Translations under genes and position numbers: made by a program
Shown here: one piece after another, positions 26,351 through 37,163 of the stretch
How positions within the stretch are numbered: the first letter of the stretch is position 1
Layout of the letters: every line of letters starts with the position of its first letter
The notes under the pieces: generated by a model
Told to the model about the DNA's origin: nothing
The model's input: the letters and a program-made list of their open reading frames with translations, nothing else
The model's database searches: none
Origin: a virus
Taxonomy: Duplodnaviria; Caudoviricetes
Reading direction: 5' to 3' (one strand)
Virus record (IMG/VR): IMGVR_UViG_3300033121_002356
Location: 32,001-96,000 of that record
Length of the DNA stretch: 64,000 nt

Positions 26351-28701
26351 TATTCGTAAAACTCCGCTATAATATCAAATGGCTTGTCTTCAGCAGTTGC
26401 AAAGGAGGGCATATTTCCTCTTAAGTAAAGATAATCAATACCTGAAGCTGTTGCAGAAATGGGAACGTGATTAGGAGTATAAAATCCAGTAGCAGAAATA
26501 CCGGCCGTGCCAGAAGTACATGCTACTCCACATTTCGTAGTACCATACAAACTACTACCAGCGGTACAAACTGAATTTGTCAAATCGTTATAAAAACAAT
26601 GAGGATACCACGGACCAGTATCGGAATCAGATATTTCGAAACACCTGCTCCCCTCTACCCCATTTGGCTCAATAAATGCAATTCCTGATGGGGCTGCAAC
26701 GCCTTTGTTATTGTAAACAGGAATTTCATAAACTAAGCTGGTATCTGTAAGATTAAATTCTACATTCTTTCTACAGAAAAAAGAAGAGGGAGATTCCCCG
26801 AATCCTAACTCGCTATTTTTTTCAATAACTTCTAGTTGGTTTATCATCATGGGCCAATGGCCAGTAGAAGTATTATCAATAGTTATATATCTAGTATTAG
26901 TAGCTAAAGCCGCCTTAACGCTAATAAATTCCTCTGAATCATAATATTTAAAATCTGTTCCTGCCCCCGATAGTTCAAAAGCACCCGTCCTATAAATTCG
27001 CTTAGCATCCGGAACGTAACAAACTGAATTAGACCCAAGAGGCTCTAGCCCGCCTATATGATAAACTTGTCCGGCACTACCATAGTTATTATCTGGAAAT
27101 ACATGTATATCTGAATTGGATAAATCAATAAAAAAATCATAGCGTCTTTCAAATGTTCCATAACTTCCTAAATTCCCATTCTGATGAACTAGAAAAAATA
27201 AAAAGTTTTTATCCGAATCCAATACTGCAAGGGGGCGTCCCCCTCCTAATGGAGTAGAGATGTTACCTTGCTTTTGGTTAAAAAAATCAAATATAGTCAT
27301 TCCATCATAAGTAGAACTACCAAACCCGGAAAAAGTACTAGAGAAAGAAGGAGAAATTAAACAAGCACCACTGGCTGAATAATTGGAAAATCCAGGTATC
27401 AACATGTATTCAGTACCATTGTAAAATAATTCATTAGGCTGAATAGGATGTTTATCCATATAAGAGATACTTAACCCTCTAAAATCAGTCAAACGCCATT
27501 TATCATCTAAATAACTGTAACATAAAAAAGCACTCCCTAGTCTATTAGGATAAGTACTTTGATTAGAACTATTTATAGATAGAAAAAATCTATCGAACAC
27601 AAATGAGCCGGAAACAATCGAAGGTACAGTAAAAGGCAAAGAAGGAAGAACACGAAAGGTCTTATAATCTATAAAATAGGCTATGGCTTTATTAGCAGTG
27701 TATGAATATGAATATATAATATTTCTCTCTTCATCTAAAGCGCATGCTATACTTAAATATGTAATTAAAGTAGAATCAACATCGTAATTACTCCAAGTTT
27801 CCAAAGCAAAGTTATATTCTCTTATACCAGTTGTTGAAACACAAAAGAGTCTACCTGTTTTTTTATTAAAAAGTAGCTTACCAAAGGTTGTTAAGGAGGT
27901 ATCAGAGGTCCAAGTATTTCCAAAAGACAAGGAATTTGTAGAGTAAGAAATATCATCAGAACTAGATTTTACGCTCCAATTTAAATGGTCTCGTTTTAGT
28001 CTAGTCTGTAGATATATTGTAGGACTTGTATAATGTGCCCCTAAATCTATTTTAGCCTTAAATTGATAACCAGCTGTTGTATCTAAAATATATACCTTTT
28101 GATAATATGGGTAAAAAAGAACAACATTAGGATTATGCATAACTTGTATGTTGCCATATGGCATGGTTACTTTAAAATACCTAGCTAATGTTCTCGTAAA
28201 ACTTAAAACAATTTCTCCCCCCGTTACGCTTATTCCAGAAAAAGACCAATTATTAATAAGAGTCCATGTAGAGTTATCATTGCTAGAGTAAACTCTAAAT
28301 ATATCTCCAGGGCCCGGATTATAGAAACCTAGGGATACATACTCAGGAGCCCCATTTATTATTATACGAATTCTATCTGCGTATTGCTGAGACCCTAGGT
28401 CTAACCCAAGTGAAATGCTAGTACCAGACGCCCCCAACAAGCTCTGAGCGTGTGGTACGCTACCATCGGTATAAACACTACTAGTATTAAAACTAGAAAA
28501 GCTACTAGAGGTGGGGGTAGCATCTGGTGATTTAGTAGCAAACCCTACTCCTCTATATGCGTTACCCCAAACAAATAAACAATCATTAATTACATTTGAT
28601 TTAAGATTTGATATATTTTCAGCCGAGAAAGGGGTTTCACTACTCAATGAAGACCCATTATCCGTAACAATAGCGTTATAAAACACGTTAGTTTTAAGCA
28701 T
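26350..28701 (-). CDS. Virion appendage protein: two nested discoidin domains, a propeller and a Cys-rich C-terminal domain
   Basis: LDLGSQ...VYSSNDNSTWT...ARYFKV; KIDLG...SSSDDISY...[propeller]...TRYITI...QLEV; EGSRC...HC...C...CGVAC. Confidence 0.65.
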   Translation of the reverse strand: MLKTNVFYNAIVTDNGSSLSSETPFSAENISNLKSNVINDCLFVWGNAYRGVGFATKSPDATPTSSSFSSFNTSSVYTDGSVPHAQSLLGASGTSISLGLDLGSQQYADRIRIIINGAPEYVSLGFYNPGPGDIFRVYSSNDNSTWTLINNWSFSGISVTGGEIVLSFTRTLARYFKVTMPYGNIQVMHNPNVVLFYPYYQKVYILDTTAGYQFKAKIDLGAHYTSPTIYLQTRLKRDHLNWSVKSSSDDISYSTNSLSFGNTWTSDTSLTTFGKLLFNKKTGRLFCVSTTGIREYNFALETWSNYDVDSTLITYLSIACALDEERNIIYSYSYTANKAIAYFIDYKTFRVLPSLPFTVPSIVSGSFVFDRFFLSINSSNQSTYPNRLGSAFLCYSYLDDKWRLTDFRGLSISYMDKHPIQPNELFYNGTEYMLIPGFSNYSASGACLISPSFSSTFSGFGSSTYDGMTIFDFFNQKQGNISTPLGGGRPLAVLDSDKNFLFFLVHQNGNLGSYGTFERRYDFFIDLSNSDIHVFPDNNYGSAGQVYHIGGLEPLGSNSVCYVPDAKRIYRTGAFELSGAGTDFKYYDSEEFISVKAALATNTRYITIDNTSTGHWPMMINQLEVIEKNSELGFGESPSSFFCRKNVEFNLTDTSLVYEIPVYNNKGVAAPSGIAFIEPNGVEGSRCFEISDSDTGPWYPHCFYNDLTNSVCTAGSSLYGTTKCGVACTSGTAGISATGFYTPNHVPISATASGIDYLYLRGNMPSFATAEDKPFDIIAEFYE

Positions 28702-30970
28702 TTTCTAGTCCTTCAAGTAAAACATTCAAATCAACCGTACTAATAGGTCTCTGTACGTCTTCAGGAAAATTATGCCTAACAAATAAGCTATACCCAGAAG
28801 CGGGGGCCAGCCCAAGTGGGAAAGTAAAATCTAACACTCCTCCTGTATATACCCCGTCTATAGTATCTGACAGCTCAAAATATCCATCAAGATTGTTTGA
28901 AAAGTATGCAGAACCCGAATAAACAACAACATTAGTGTTGTTAACTAGGTCTAATTGAATAGGGTCTTCTGTAGAATAAACTCCAGTTTCAACAATATTG
29001 AAAGCAGCCGTAGAATTATAGTAAGTATTTATTGGCCTGACTTTCAATTTCTTAATCATCAAAGGATAGCCAAGTTTAGAACTATTAGGTTTTATTTTAA
29101 TATATCTAGCCTTGCTTAATATAAGATGCTCTGTAGAGTATAGTCTCTCCAGCTTTGAAGAATATCGTAAGTGTTTTACCCAATTATTTTCTATTGATTG
29201 TGTACTACCGCTTATATATTGAGTATAATTTTCTCCATGAGAATACGCTCTATCTTCCGATGCCACATAACAATAAGAGGTTAAACCAGTCAAATTTACC
29301 CTATAATCATTATTAGCATAATCCCTATAGCTTGTTCCACCACCGGGTAGTAAAGAAAACCCCATGGAAGAAGAGCTCGGGTATCCAATCCAAGAATTTT
29401 TCTCTATATGATACGTAATATACCCGTCGTAATTATAGTTCCAAATAAAATGTATAACATTTCTTTTAGAATCTAAAAAGAAATCTAATGCCTGCATTCC
29501 CCCAAAACTAGTTACTAACGTATTTGTATTTCCCATATTATCGACAGTTTTATCCGACCACGTATTACCAGTAACACTGTATTTATACAAACCATAAAGG
29601 GAAGTACTACTACTGCTACTGCTCGGTACTGCATAAATAGAGTCATCGTACGGGCTATACAGTGTTCTACCCCCTCGCATAAAATACTTACCTGAAGTAA
29701 TAGACGTCTTCTGCGTCCAGGTATCGGTTTTTATGTCGTATCTAAAAAATGTACCAGTAGTAGATACACCGCAATACAAACTATGATTAGTAGGAACATA
29801 GCATATATTTGTAATAGTACCAGAAGTTAAGGAGCTTGGCGGCGGGGCTAATGGCTCGAAAGAATTTGTTCCAATAATGTATTTCCAAAAATAATTACCA
29901 ACCCCATATATCTCATTAGATTTTGTATCTAGTGTTATCTCACTATTGTAGGTAGCGTAAGAATTAGTAGCTAAAGTAGACCAAACCCTGGTGTTTAGGT
30001 CAAACTTATACATTACTAATCCATAATATAAATATAAACAATTATCATTTGGGTTATGCAATAATTGTGGCATATATATGCTTTTATAAATATCATTTGG
30101 GTTACTATAGATGGAAGGAACAGGAGAACGCTCCTCCTTGTCTTCTTCATACCATAAAAAAGCATGCTCTAATATTTGTTTTTTATTCTTATATCCATAT
30201 TCAGTATCTTCTAAGGCGTATGTTACGGCATACGGGTATGCCAATTTATGTAAATCGGCGTTATCTTCAATATAAACTGAAAATATATCATATACATCGC
30301 CTAAATCAATTTTCATCTCATAGCCTTGAATACCAGAAGCAGTGGTATTATACGCAAATATAACATTAGGAGTAGCCCCAACTCTATCATTTTGGTGAAC
30401 TGTCCCATTTGGTTGAAATCCAACCTCGCCTAGATTTCCTATATACCGACTAGAAGTTAACGTATACGGGATACTCCTAGAATTAGAGTAATAACTCCAA
30501 TACGAAGACATATTGTATGAGGAGTCTACAACAGACCAAGAAGAATTATTACTGCTCTTATAAATACAGCCTCCATTCACCTCACTGTATGGGGCCTTGG
30601 ATGCTGCCATAAAAAATCCACTAAATCCTACATACATGTAATCAGTATCTTTTGCCGTACCTAAATCAACTCCTAAAAAATTAGTTGCGTATGGATTATT
30701 AGATGAAGGCCTTACGTATGAGCTTCCATTTAAATAGGTAGAATCATTAGTAAAAGAACCGGTAAAATTACTTCCTATTGCGTACGCCCCTTCCCCATAT
30801 AAGGAGCCGGATGGGGCAATTGCATACCCCCATATAGTTTCATACTGAGTATTATCTTCGTCAATAATCCTAGCTAATTGGGCCTCACTTAAAGTTTCAG
30901 ACCCTGATTGGGTTACTACTACCCCATCCATTGTTAGCAAATTAAAATTACTTCCTTCTATGGGTAACAC
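28694..30970 (-). CDS. Virion appendage protein: nested discoidin domains plus a Kelch propeller (GTG start)
   Basis: VDLGTAK...YKSSNNSSW...SRYI; KIDLG...FDLNTRVWSTLA, RYDIKTDTWTQK, KYSVTGNTWS...ARYIKI...KLKV. Confidence 0.65.
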   Translation of the reverse strand: MLPIEGSNFNLLTMDGVVVTQSGSETLSEAQLARIIDEDNTQYETIWGYAIAPSGSLYGEGAYAIGSNFTGSFTNDSTYLNGSSYVRPSSNNPYATNFLGVDLGTAKDTDYMYVGFSGFFMAASKAPYSEVNGGCIYKSSNNSSWSVVDSSYNMSSYWSYYSNSRSIPYTLTSSRYIGNLGEVGFQPNGTVHQNDRVGATPNVIFAYNTTASGIQGYEMKIDLGDVYDIFSVYIEDNADLHKLAYPYAVTYALEDTEYGYKNKKQILEHAFLWYEEDKEERSPVPSIYSNPNDIYKSIYMPQLLHNPNDNCLYLYYGLVMYKFDLNTRVWSTLATNSYATYNSEITLDTKSNEIYGVGNYFWKYIIGTNSFEPLAPPPSSLTSGTITNICYVPTNHSLYCGVSTTGTFFRYDIKTDTWTQKTSITSGKYFMRGGRTLYSPYDDSIYAVPSSSSSSTSLYGLYKYSVTGNTWSDKTVDNMGNTNTLVTSFGGMQALDFFLDSKRNVIHFIWNYNYDGYITYHIEKNSWIGYPSSSSMGFSLLPGGGTSYRDYANNDYRVNLTGLTSYCYVASEDRAYSHGENYTQYISGSTQSIENNWVKHLRYSSKLERLYSTEHLILSKARYIKIKPNSSKLGYPLMIKKLKVRPINTYYNSTAAFNIVETGVYSTEDPIQLDLVNNTNVVVYSGSAYFSNNLDGYFELSDTIDGVYTGGVLDFTFPLGLAPASGYSLFVRHNFPEDVQRPISTVDLNVLLEGLENA

Positions 30971-31450
30971 TTATTTCTCTCCAATTATAGGAAGATTAAA
31001 ATTCATAATCTCGTTTAATTCCGCATTTCCAATATGAGGGCAAACTTTCCACAACTCCGAAAGACAAGGATTTTTATTTATAGGACAAATCTCTGTTGGA
31101 AATCTAGATTTAGCTGACCAAGTTTGTCCTTTATATGGATTACAATTCATTGCTACATCTGTTAAATTTTTAGATTTTTTCACAAGTTTAACATAATTAG
31201 AATCAATCTTCTTACTATCTAAAATATTACCACAATTAGAGCAATAAAATATAAAGGTATCATTAACAGATTCTTCTGACAAATCGTTTAATGCGTACGC
31301 CCTTTTTTCTTTCCGGGCCTTATCTGTAAGAACACTATCTACTTGAAGCGTCTTATTATCACAACTAGAGCAATAATAGCTATCCTTTATAGCAGCTTCT
31401 TTATCATAGACAGAAGATATTTTTCCAGGCTCTACTATAGTTTCTACCAT
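30971..31450 (-). CDS. Cys-rich zinc-ribbon protein
   Basis: YYCSSCD and FYCSNCG pair plus four further Cys (CNP, ICP, NPC, VCPH). Confidence 0.65.
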   Translation of the reverse strand: MVETIVEPGKISSVYDKEAAIKDSYYCSSCDNKTLQVDSVLTDKARKEKRAYALNDLSEESVNDTFIFYCSNCGNILDSKKIDSNYVKLVKKSKNLTDVAMNCNPYKGQTWSAKSRFPTEICPINKNPCLSELWKVCPHIGNAELNEIMNFNLPIIGEK

Positions 31451-31452
31451 AT

Positions 31453-34400
31453 TTATCCTAATTGTCCTTGAAAGGAGTAATCAAACCAAAAATAAAACGG
31501 AGACCCTGCTGGAACAACATAATCTCCAGTAATTGTTATATGGCGTGAACGCCCTTGTGGGTTTATATCAGAAAATATATCTTTATTTTTAGGAGTAACA
31601 TATGGCTGACCCACAAGTTCAGGCCATAAGGAAAGCAACCCATCACTCCATGTCATAAAAAAAGCATACCCCAAAACATTTGTAAATCTTCTAACTATGT
31701 GAGATAAATCATTTATATAAGAGCGACTTCCGCTATACCCCATAGTCATAAATCTATCAGTGCATGAAGGTTCCCCTTCTGGACCACCAGGCTCGCCGCA
31801 AATTTTACTAATCTTACCCACATAACACCAACAACTTCCAGTTCTATCTTGACTTACATAAACACCGGGGGCCTGCCACGGTACCCCTAGATAATTCTTA
31901 TAAGTATCCCCTCTAAATAAAGCAAGATTCTCAGGAACAGAAAGTGATATAGTACAACGCGAGATATCCACATTGTTCTGCGGTAAAATAGTAGCATCGA
32001 CCCCCAAGTCATTAACGAAGAATGACTCTTCATCTGGATGCATAAAGTAGTCATACACAAGCGTATCTTGTAAAATTAGATTCTTAGCATATGTGTATAT
32101 ATCTTCCTGCATGCTCTCACCGGGCCCCGGAGAACCGCCTGGGGGGAATCTATCCTGAATACCTGTAACATCAACATGTAAGTCTCTTCCGTTAGCCCCC
32201 TTTACTGCGGCATCGTCTCTAGGAGTATCCATTACAACTCTACCCCCTTTAAATACAGAAGAAAAGGGAGAAGTAACTAAATCTCCCCCTGGTAATACGT
32301 GATAAGGCCAAGTCGGTAGAATGGGGCGCTTAACAGCGGTCATACCAAAGTTAACAAAACGTCTAGCATCCCCTTTATAAGTATCCTGAGTTAATATGGC
32401 ATCACTACCATGCCCCGCAGAATTTACAAGTGCGGCTACAGGTGTTATAAACGAGGCGGTGGGCCCAATACCTGTAATACCATCATCTTTATTTATAAAA
32501 GATGGGGTATATTTTCTATCATAAGTAGTAATAACCTCAGAAGCGTCTTGTTGAATTCTTGCATAGACGTACACTTTTGATACTATTACATACCCGCTTT
32601 TGCCAAGTGGAGGAGAAAACGATAACTTAAGTGAAGAGGCGTTTAGATTTATATTCTCTAGTTTTAATAGAAAAAAATCAGAAAGAGCAGAAGGGTCATA
32701 CATAGTTCCAACTGCCTCAAACGAAGAGCCGTACCGTTTTAAGCTAACATCAATTTGCGGCTGTATAACTTTAACGGTTCCTTCTGGTAATCTGGTATCT
32801 CCCTGAAACAGCTCTACCTCAATGCGTTCAATATAGGGCTGCCATACTTTCTCTTGAGGAGTACCAGCCGGAGGATTAGAAAAATTAAAAATTATATCGA
32901 AGACTGACGTATCCATTACGGTATTGAAATTTCTAAACGTACCAGTAGTTATAGCTCCTTCTTTAATCTCAAATAGCTTAGAGCATGGGTCTCCACTTAC
33001 GTCTCCCCCATATTTAGGGCATATAGAATAATTATAAGTACCCCGTACCGAAGCTATACTAGTGTAAGTGGAAGCGTTTAAAATATTGTCAACCAAATAA
33101 GGCAAGGAATTAAAGTCAATAGGGGTTCTAACCATTAATCCTCTTCTTTTCTTATGACTTTCCGTATTTCTTTCAAATTGGTCCTGTACGTCGGAAGCTA
33201 AAAATGATTCTCTATCAATATCATCACTTAGTTCCATATCGTCATAAGGAGGCTCTTCATCGCTTGGTATAAAAGACCCCTCAATAGTAAGGCGGCGCTT
33301 AGGTGCGTCGTCTATGCCTAGCTTAGCCTCTGCCCCATCAAGGATAAGCCCCCCACTATTATATATAGGAGCCTTAAAGTAAAGAGTATGAGTTCCTTCA
33401 GCCGGACGATATGAAACAACAAAGTATTTTTCTGGCGGAAGATTTTCAAATAACTCCCCAGCCGAAACATAGTCCTGAAAATCAGGAGGATACTCTAAAA
33501 CAACTGCTCTAAGGGTTAAAGCGGATAAATAAGAAATAATCCCAGAAGAAACCCCGGCTCCTTGAAGTGCTAAAACTGTGCTATAACTTCTCTGTATAGG
33601 TGTAACTTTTTTATCTAAATAAAGCCAAGATATTTGTTTACCAGGTACTTGTTCCCCGCGATTAGGAGGAGCAATCTCTCCTTCGCAATCCATATAAGTA
33701 CTACCGTCTTGATAGTTATTATCAAACCACCACTCTATTAAAGGCCATTTCCAATTTTCTCCACCTAGATTACCCGTTATCCAATAACTACTACATTTTC
33801 GTAATGAAATAACAACTGGCTGCTCATTAACAATAGCTGTATATTCTTTAATAAGATATTCTTCTGTAGGGAACCCTCCTATGCTAACTGCTCTCATCTG
33901 ATTAAATGGATGAATAAAATCCTCAGTAGCTATTCCATTTAAGTCTACGCCGGCCGGTTCGGTTAAATACCCTAAACCGGAAACACCATCTGTTCCTATG
34001 TTACTAACGTAACCAGTAACTATATCCAAATAATTCATTGCTTTATCAATACCGGCATAGAGAACCTTTCTTTCTCTCTCCGTGCCCCAGAGCCACCCTC
34101 CTGCACTTTTAGTACCAACGCCATCAGATGTATTGGCTCTCATATCTCCTGCTCTAATTACAGTACCACCCGACCATGCCCCCGCAAAGCTAACACTTCC
34201 TGGGCTTAACGTATAAATAGAGTACTTCGTACCAAAAAAGCAATCAAAGAAATACCCTGAATCGCTGGTTGTACTGTCCCTAAAAAAATCATATCCTACT
34301 AGATATTTGTTATTCCAGACAGGCCCGTTTGTAGGAACTAAAGAAAAGAATGAACCAAAATTCTTCGGCTCATCATAAGACGGTATTTCACAAGAGTAAT

Positions 34401-37161
34401 ACGGCCACCATACTCTATCATAAGATTCCCCGTGGTCAAAACAAATCTTTGATAAGTATAATGCGGGGCCAGCGTCTCTTAAAGTAAGGGTCGGCGTACC
34501 CCCGCAAGGAGTACCCGCATGTTCATAACAAGACGCACCCCCACTCCAGTTACAAAATCTGTGAAAAATAGGCAGCAATCTAGCTGAGTTATATATTCCT
34601 GCCCATGCATAAGATATTTCTATATCTGCGCAGGTTGGTACAGAAATACCAAACAGAATAGCACTTTGTTTTTTGCCTATAACTCTCCCTTCCTCATCCG
34701 TAAAAAATACTATATATCTTATCCGATATGGTATATCTCCCCCCGAGATAGTATAGGTCCTTACTAAGGGTAATTTTAATGGAACATCTCTCGGAATTAG
34801 TTCCCCATTTGGGCCTATAGTATAAAATGAGCTCAATCCATCATCAACATAGTCACCCCCACTGGGTGATAATGAATAATATCCGTTCTCTAAAACATTA
34901 ACTTGTAGATTAACATTTTCGGGGTATCTAAAATCACTATCAACGCTATTTGAAACAGGATTAATGGAGGAGTCTTTATGTTCTAAATAATCAAAAGATA
35001 AAGAGATTCTAGCATTTGATAAAAAGGCAACACTACTAGAGTCCACTGAAGGAGATAATCTAAGATGTAAATAATTAGCAGGTAAAGGGTAACCACCTCG
35101 ATAGCTAACCCCCTTATACTGAGTACCATATAATTCATAATTTGAATAGTCTTCTAAATTATAATGGTTAACTACATCTAACGGGATGCCGGTCTCGCCC
35201 ACTAATAAAGAAGCACTAGTGACGTTCCAATAAGATAGCTTACTGGCATCTAAATCCATTACTCTAACTATAAATTCTCGGTTGGTATGCAGTGGGGTTA
35301 TATCTACAGATTGTATTTCTATAGACTTAGATTTTCTATGTAAATAATAAGACTGCTTAAATGGCACAGGTGCCTCAATAACAGATTTTTTCCAGGTTGC
35401 ATATATTGCTCCTAAATCAGGAGAGGCAATCATCACAGATGAAATACTTTCAAATCCCGATGCAAGCTGCACCTTCAACGTGGCATCAAACTCTTTAAAG
35501 GTAGAATCGGTATTATTACAATTCCCATTAAAAGAGGTTTGATATGTCCATCCATGCAGAAATCTACATTTAACATGTGTAGTGTCATATAATATGTTAG
35601 AGCTAACAGAGGCGGAGGGGGTATATACTCTTATTTTATTGATATAAGAATCATCGGCCTTAGAGTAAACTAATTTAATCCTATTCTCTTTATCTATCTC
35701 ACCCAAATCAGAATTTGAGTAGTCTAGCCCAAATACAAAAGACCCATCATACGCTGATGTCGTCGTATATACAGCATCAGGTACATTCTCTTGTAAAAAC
35801 TGTATATAAGCGGCACTTGGAAGCCCACCATCCGGACTATCAACAATATCCATTTTTGCCGGTATAATGCCGAGTTCATATTGTCTTATAGTGGCGTATG
35901 TAACGTTAACGGCGTACAGAGTTGATTTACCTATAGAGGTATGCCCATATACTTCTATTTCGTTTTCATTCCCCGTAAAATTTCTTACAATGAATGGGTT
36001 AGTTGGAGGATTTCTAGGAAAATCAATCATCAAAGAGCTAGAAGCAAAAAGTTCCTTTATTAAAGTAGGATAATTAGGTAGACCCTCATTCGTTAAGGTT
36101 CCTAAATCTATTACAGACTCAGCACCAATAATTATGTCATTTACTTCGTCATTAACAGACACCTTTTTTACCTTTATTTGAGTTGGGATATCATCTCCAT
36201 TTTCATCTTTCACAAACCCAGTCCATGCCCATATATCAGGGTCAATAGTAAATCTAGATTTAAATGTAGCCTTTGGGTTTGCATATTGCGCCCAATTATC
36301 AGATAATATTCTAAGCTCTTGAACATGCGCAGCAGCAATTTTAGGGGTATATCCAGATTTCTTAAATCCGAGAGCATCATCGAAAACGTGCTTAAATACC
36401 TTATCGCTACTATAAAAAGGGCATCTTCCTACGTTATCATCTGGAGTACCAGATGCATTAGTATTTGATGGGTCGTTCTTAAAAGGTTTGGCACCATTGC
36501 AAGGAGGGAAGGGCCTACCAGCAAGAGGAGTACTCCAGTTGCTAGCCGCATCTAGTATACACATTGTTTTTAATGCGCCAACAGGCTTTACAGTTCCCAC
36601 CCAATTATCCGGTATTGAGGGGTCTGCATTTTTATCAGCCAATGAAACGACATAACCTAAATCAGATATATATTCTTTTGTGCCAGAATCAGACTCTTTT
36701 ACTTCTTTCACTACATAGTCGCGGACTGCCCCCTCCCAGAAAGAACAAGGTGCCACATGGGCCCTTAAATTAGCCATCTGTATATTCAAAGGATTCTGTG
36801 TTAAATCAGGAGAAGTAGGGACCGGTACAATATCACTCGGCTTTAGCCCGCTAAAAGACAAACCCGGCCATGTAACCGCAATTACTTTTGTTGCAGATAA
36901 TGAAACATTATTTTCTTCTGCATCCTTGTATTGATAAGAAACGGTTAGTGTAACATTTCCTAATTTTTTTCCTAAAATTATAGGGGTAGCACTACTACTA
37001 GATGTAGTTTCTCCGTTACCAAAGACAGCGATGCTTTCATCAGATAATTTCCAGAGAAAAACCTCATTAATATTACCCGCTATCTGCTCTTGTACTGAAA
37101 GCATCACCTGACTATTAATAGCTAACCGCGTAAAGCCAGGCAATATAGTTAGATTTGACAA
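31453..37161 (-). CDS. Giant (1,902 aa) virion/baseplate protein with an N-terminal Big_2-like Ig domain and Cys clusters (TTG start)
   Basis: WKLSDESIAVF...GKKLGNVTLTVSY (Big_2-like); CSFW...CIL...PPCNG...RCPFY; FCNW...SCY...PCG...ICFDH...YSCE; CWC...IC...SC. Confidence 0.6.
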   Translation of the reverse strand: MSNLTILPGFTRLAINSQVMLSVQEQIAGNINEVFLWKLSDESIAVFGNGETTSSSSATPIILGKKLGNVTLTVSYQYKDAEENNVSLSATKVIAVTWPGLSFSGLKPSDIVPVPTSPDLTQNPLNIQMANLRAHVAPCSFWEGAVRDYVVKEVKESDSGTKEYISDLGYVVSLADKNADPSIPDNWVGTVKPVGALKTMCILDAASNWSTPLAGRPFPPCNGAKPFKNDPSNTNASGTPDDNVGRCPFYSSDKVFKHVFDDALGFKKSGYTPKIAAAHVQELRILSDNWAQYANPKATFKSRFTIDPDIWAWTGFVKDENGDDIPTQIKVKKVSVNDEVNDIIIGAESVIDLGTLTNEGLPNYPTLIKELFASSSLMIDFPRNPPTNPFIVRNFTGNENEIEVYGHTSIGKSTLYAVNVTYATIRQYELGIIPAKMDIVDSPDGGLPSAAYIQFLQENVPDAVYTTTSAYDGSFVFGLDYSNSDLGEIDKENRIKLVYSKADDSYINKIRVYTPSASVSSNILYDTTHVKCRFLHGWTYQTSFNGNCNNTDSTFKEFDATLKVQLASGFESISSVMIASPDLGAIYATWKKSVIEAPVPFKQSYYLHRKSKSIEIQSVDITPLHTNREFIVRVMDLDASKLSYWNVTSASLLVGETGIPLDVVNHYNLEDYSNYELYGTQYKGVSYRGGYPLPANYLHLRLSPSVDSSSVAFLSNARISLSFDYLEHKDSSINPVSNSVDSDFRYPENVNLQVNVLENGYYSLSPSGGDYVDDGLSSFYTIGPNGELIPRDVPLKLPLVRTYTISGGDIPYRIRYIVFFTDEEGRVIGKKQSAILFGISVPTCADIEISYAWAGIYNSARLLPIFHRFCNWSGGASCYEHAGTPCGGTPTLTLRDAGPALYLSKICFDHGESYDRVWWPYYSCEIPSYDEPKNFGSFFSLVPTNGPVWNNKYLVGYDFFRDSTTSDSGYFFDCFFGTKYSIYTLSPGSVSFAGAWSGGTVIRAGDMRANTSDGVGTKSAGGWLWGTERERKVLYAGIDKAMNYLDIVTGYVSNIGTDGVSGLGYLTEPAGVDLNGIATEDFIHPFNQMRAVSIGGFPTEEYLIKEYTAIVNEQPVVISLRKCSSYWITGNLGGENWKWPLIEWWFDNNYQDGSTYMDCEGEIAPPNRGEQVPGKQISWLYLDKKVTPIQRSYSTVLALQGAGVSSGIISYLSALTLRAVVLEYPPDFQDYVSAGELFENLPPEKYFVVSYRPAEGTHTLYFKAPIYNSGGLILDGAEAKLGIDDAPKRRLTIEGSFIPSDEEPPYDDMELSDDIDRESFLASDVQDQFERNTESHKKRRGLMVRTPIDFNSLPYLVDNILNASTYTSIASVRGTYNYSICPKYGGDVSGDPCSKLFEIKEGAITTGTFRNFNTVMDTSVFDIIFNFSNPPAGTPQEKVWQPYIERIEVELFQGDTRLPEGTVKVIQPQIDVSLKRYGSSFEAVGTMYDPSALSDFFLLKLENINLNASSLKLSFSPPLGKSGYVIVSKVYVYARIQQDASEVITTYDRKYTPSFINKDDGITGIGPTASFITPVAALVNSAGHGSDAILTQDTYKGDARRFVNFGMTAVKRPILPTWPYHVLPGGDLVTSPFSSVFKGGRVVMDTPRDDAAVKGANGRDLHVDVTGIQDRFPPGGSPGPGESMQEDIYTYAKNLILQDTLVYDYFMHPDEESFFVNDLGVDATILPQNNVDISRCTISLSVPENLALFRGDTYKNYLGVPWQAPGVYVSQDRTGSCWCYVGKISKICGEPGGPEGEPSCTDRFMTMGYSGSRSYINDLSHIVRRFTNVLGYAFFMTWSDGLLSLWPELVGQPYVTPKNKDIFSDINPQGRSRHITITGDYVVPAGSPFYFWFDYSFQGQLG

Positions 37162-37163
37162 AA

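Noticed and set aside
16079-30970. Diversity-generating retroelement targeting the paralogous receptor-binding genes
   Set aside because: No reverse transcriptase, no non-coding space for a template repeat, and paralog similarity is at protein level rather than adenine-specific near-identity. A DGR elsewhere in the genome cannot be excluded.
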